From Naegleria gruberi (taxonomy: Eukaryota), in assembly GCA_000004985.1 (NCBI GenBank), contig GG739550.1: 1,116 bases of DNA; one strand, given 5' to 3'. The translations under genes and the position numbers were made by a program. The notes beneath the pieces are model-generated. The model was not told where the DNA came from and ran no database searches. It saw nothing but the letters and a program-made list of their open reading frames with translations. Positions 1-1,116 of the stretch are shown here, piece after piece. Each line of letters begins with the position of its first letter. The stretch's first letter is position 1.

Positions 1-20
1 GATCCCTATTCTTATTACTA

Positions 21-108
21 CACTACGAGCCAAGCGGTTTAACCAGCAGCCTCCACTTGTATTCTAATTACAGCTCGACGATATTTTGTGAGTGGTTGGC
101 TCGTAGTG
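21..108. repeat. 13-bp perfect inverted repeat (21-33 cactacgagccaa / 96-108 ttggctcgtagtg), 62-nt spacer; 15/15 with one mismatch
   Basis: Direct base-by-base comparison of the reverse complement. Composition here is fairly balanced, so a 13-mer inverted match within about 90 bp is unlikely by chance. It lies just 3' of the PPR relic stop at 138. Confidence 0.5.
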
Positions 109-124
109 ATAGTTTAGTGGTTGG
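73..124. repeat. Imperfect tandem duplication of a ~26-nt unit (73-98 gctcgacgatattttgtgagtggttg / 99-124 gctcgtagtgatagtttagtggttgg). The 9-mer agtggttgg is exact at 91-99 and 116-124
   Basis: Manual alignment gives about 75% identity with small indels. The second unit carries the right arm of the inverted repeat above. A third motif-like copy, gctcgacgat, sits at 632-641 inside the pseudogene and is an exact 10-mer match to 73-82. Confidence 0.4.
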
Positions 125-137
125 AATTGAAACGTGC

Positions 138-749
138 CTAGAAATAATCAACCACAAGAACAAGTGCCATTTCTAAAGTGGTGAACTCTACTTGCATCGG
201 TTAGAATAATTTCTCTTTTTCTTAGCTTTGAGCTCTCTGATCACAACTTGTATCCTGTTTGAAGCCAGCTTGCTCCATCTCTTTGGATAGTTTGTCTAAT
301 TCCTCATAAATTTCTTTTTTCATTTCATGATTTTTCTCTTCACAAACAAAGGAGTGGACTTTTCCATTTACAGTAATAAAACTTCTTCCAGGCTCTTTGG
401 TAACTCCTCTTTTCTCCATTAGTAAACGTATGTGGTTTCTCTTTTCCATTAATCCTTTCGAAGAATAAATTGGATAATAGTAATGTCTACAATATTCAAA
501 GGATTGCAATGTGGTGGTGTTAAAACAACAATTTAAGGAGAATCCAAATAATGCGCTTTTGTGGTTTTAAAGAGTAAAAAGACTACAGCACCACAGGTTC
601 CCAAGTTGTCTCCAACCTCAGTACTGATGTGGCTCGACGATGCTTAACTTCTCAAATCGGACGGGATGAGGTGCATTCATCGTGATATGGCCGTAGCCAT
701 TCAATACCTTAATCTGCCTCCTTTCAACAATCTCGGGAAAAGATAAAAT
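138..749 (-). pseudogene. PLS-class PPR protein (E1-like / E2 / E+ / decayed DYW deaminase tail) gene fragment, probably a pseudogene
   Basis: Seen in sequence, minus strand. (1) 222-509 translates to …LLMEKRGVTKEPGRSFITVNGKVHSFVCEEKNHEMKKEIYEELDKLSKEMEQAGFKQDTS. From memory this closely matches the E2/E+ consensus of plant PLS-PPR editing factors (~ VRKLMKERGVKKEPGCSWIEVNNKVHEFVAGDKSHPQSKEIYAKLEELSKRMKEAGYVPDT). (2) After the TAA at 222-224, the frame shifted by +2 (240-151) reads SESSKLRKREIILTDASRVHHFRNGTCSCG. This matches the DYW-domain C-terminus (…ISKIxGREIIVRDxNRFHHFKDGxCSCGDYW). It is followed by TGA at 148-150. (3) One extra T (GGT-T-GAT, around 150) displaces the terminal GAT TAT TTC TAG (D-Y-F-stop, 149-138) back into the original frame. 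(4) About 45-50 residues expected between …PDT and the CxxCH region, including the HSE and CGDCH zinc motifs, are absent. The junction is around 243-251. (5) In the ORF frame, 621-737 reads PEIVERRQIKVLNGYGHITMNAPHPVRFEKLSIVEPHQY. This is a weaker E1-like match (…ALLGACRIHGNxELGExAAEKLLELEPxNxGxY). It is cut by TGA at 618-620 and TAA at 567-569. (6) There is no P/L/S repeat array upstream: sequence beyond 750 is AT-rich with stops in all frames. Support is strong for 138-509 and weaker for 510-749. Confidence 0.65.
222..509 (-). CDS. Longest intact frame inside the PPR relic; encodes the E2 + E+ motifs only (95 codons as listed in the ORF track). Probably not an independent functional gene
   Basis: This is the ORF-track entry. 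Its listed first residue 'M' is actually a TTG codon (plus 507-509 = caa). So there is no ATG at the listed start. The first in-frame ATG is at 449-447, which would give MEKRNHIRLLMEKRGV…, 75 aa. The frame is closed upstream by TAA at 567-569. It ends at TAA 222-224, immediately before the shifted DYW remnant. The motif match to PPR E2/E+ is strong. Whether it functions as a stand-alone product is unsupported. Confidence 0.45.
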   Translation of the reverse strand: MQSFEYCRHYYYPIYSSKGLMEKRNHIRLLMEKRGVTKEPGRSFITVNGKVHSFVCEEKNHEMKKEIYEELDKLSKEMEQAGFKQDTSCDQRAQS

Positions 750-875
750 TTAGTTAAATCCATTCTCAATTTTAAATAAACATCAACTCTATAAAAACAT
801 TCAATATTGACTGCCTCAACTCTTTACAATGAATATTCAAACAAACTATCTTCTTTCCATAAAAAAATAATAATA
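750..875. other. AT-rich low-complexity spacer between the edge ORF and the PPR relic
   Basis: Runs of A/T: tttaaataaa, tataaaaa at 790-797, and aaaaaaataataat at 862-875. Stops occur in all six frames. The region also contains 8-bp AT-only inverted arms, ataataat…attattat. Confidence 0.5.
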
Positions 876-1115
876 TCAATTATTATTTCCAAATTCCGTA
901 AAAAGATATGAGTCTAGACTTTTCAGTGCATTTACAATATGTGTGATTGTAAGAGAAACTACCAATTTCGTTCTTCCTAAAGTTAAAATCGTTGTATTAC
1001 GATATGAATCTAACTGTAAATCAGGCGGCAACAATATTGGCAATATTAAGCAACATACAAAGAATCCAAATAAATCGGTTTGAACTCTTGATAAAGTTAC
1101 GGTATTGAAGAAACA
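876..1115 (-). CDS. Edge-truncated open reading frame (79 codons + TGA), unknown product; possible 3' exon or 3' end of a gene continuing beyond the window
   Basis: Manual translation of the minus strand from 1115 gives CFFNTVTLSRVQTDLFGFFVCCLILPILLPPDLQLDSYRNTTILTLGRTKLVVSLTITHIVNALKSLDSYLFTEFGNNN, ending at TGA (plus 876-878 = tca). Seventy-nine stop-free codons is unusual for AT-rich plant non-coding DNA; I estimate chance around 0.3% per frame and start point. No start codon or splice site can be assigned, and I do not recognise the family. The L/I/F/T-rich composition is also what AT-rich non-coding sequence would produce, so the call rests mainly on frame length. Confidence 0.3.
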   Translation of the reverse strand, partial: CFFNTVTLSRVQTDLFGFFVCCLILPILLPPDLQLDSYRNTTILTLGRTKLVVSLTITHIVNALKSLDSYLFTEFGNNN

Positions 1116-1116
1116 C

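Noticed and set aside
1-5. gatcc at the very start (BamHI/Sau3AI half-site)
   Set aside because: Possibly just where the window or clone was cut. It is not a biological feature and cannot be evaluated from sequence alone.
98-140. tRNA-like or SINE-like look of ggctcgtagtgatagtttagtggttggaattgaaacgtgcc (a D-loop-like AGTTTAGTGGT)
   Set aside because: I could not build a cloverleaf. No complementary D-stem, no T-arm GTTCRANYC box and no acceptor pairing on either strand. The resemblance is limited to one short loop-like motif.
138-141. CTAG at the relic terminus as a possible Helitron 3' end (CTRR)
   Set aside because: There is no GC-rich hairpin 10-12 nt upstream and no 5' TC terminus identifiable. 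The CTAG is simply the TAG stop of the DYF-stop reading.
3-176. Plus-strand stop-free frame of 57 codons from the window start (SLFLLLHYEPSGLTSS…KNKCHF-stop)
   Set aside because: It lies antisense to and overlapping the DYW remnant. Its length is within chance expectation for this less AT-rich segment, and it has no start or recognisable motif.
790-797. Canonical-looking TATA box tataaaaa (plus strand), and TATTTAAA on the minus strand near 765-775 upstream of the PPR relic
   Set aside because: They sit in a 125-bp A/T-rich spacer where such strings are expected by chance. No downstream ORF exists on the plus strand. Promoter assignment for the relic is unsupported without transcript data.
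911-920. 10-bp perfect palindrome agtctagact
   Set aside because: Single short palindrome inside the edge ORF. No partner repeats or spacing pattern; consistent with chance.
1-1116. Prokaryotic defence system, CRISPR array, integron or phage-like organisation as hinted by the task framing
   Set aside because: There are no direct-repeat/spacer arrays, no dense co-oriented ORFs and no RBS-like contexts. The only strong homology signal is a plant-specific PPR E/DYW architecture. Flanks are eukaryote-style AT-rich spacer.

Overview
This window looks like land-plant nuclear DNA, not prokaryotic. It is AT-rich, I could not find any operon-like gene structure, and the one clear gene is a plant-type RNA-editing-factor relic. 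That gene lies on the minus strand (about 138-749) and is a decayed C-terminal fragment of a PLS-class pentatricopeptide-repeat (PPR) protein. The supplied 95-aa ORF (222-509) encodes near-consensus E2 and E+ motifs. Just downstream, in a shifted frame, is a recognisable end of a DYW deaminase domain (…REIILTDASRVHHFRNGTCSCG, then a +1 frameshift, then DYF-stop). The zinc-binding HxE and CxxCH core has been deleted and the whole PPR repeat array is missing, so I call it a pseudogene or gene fragment. Other observations are a 79-codon stop-free reading frame on the minus strand that runs off the right edge of the window (876-1115), and a small cluster of inverted and tandem repeats 3' of the pseudogene (21-124). 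The rest is AT-rich spacer. I see no CRISPR array, mobile-element hallmarks, RNA genes or novel defence-like system. The most interesting item is the anatomy of the PPR-DYW decay. All calls come from manual translation and motif memory, with no database search possible here.
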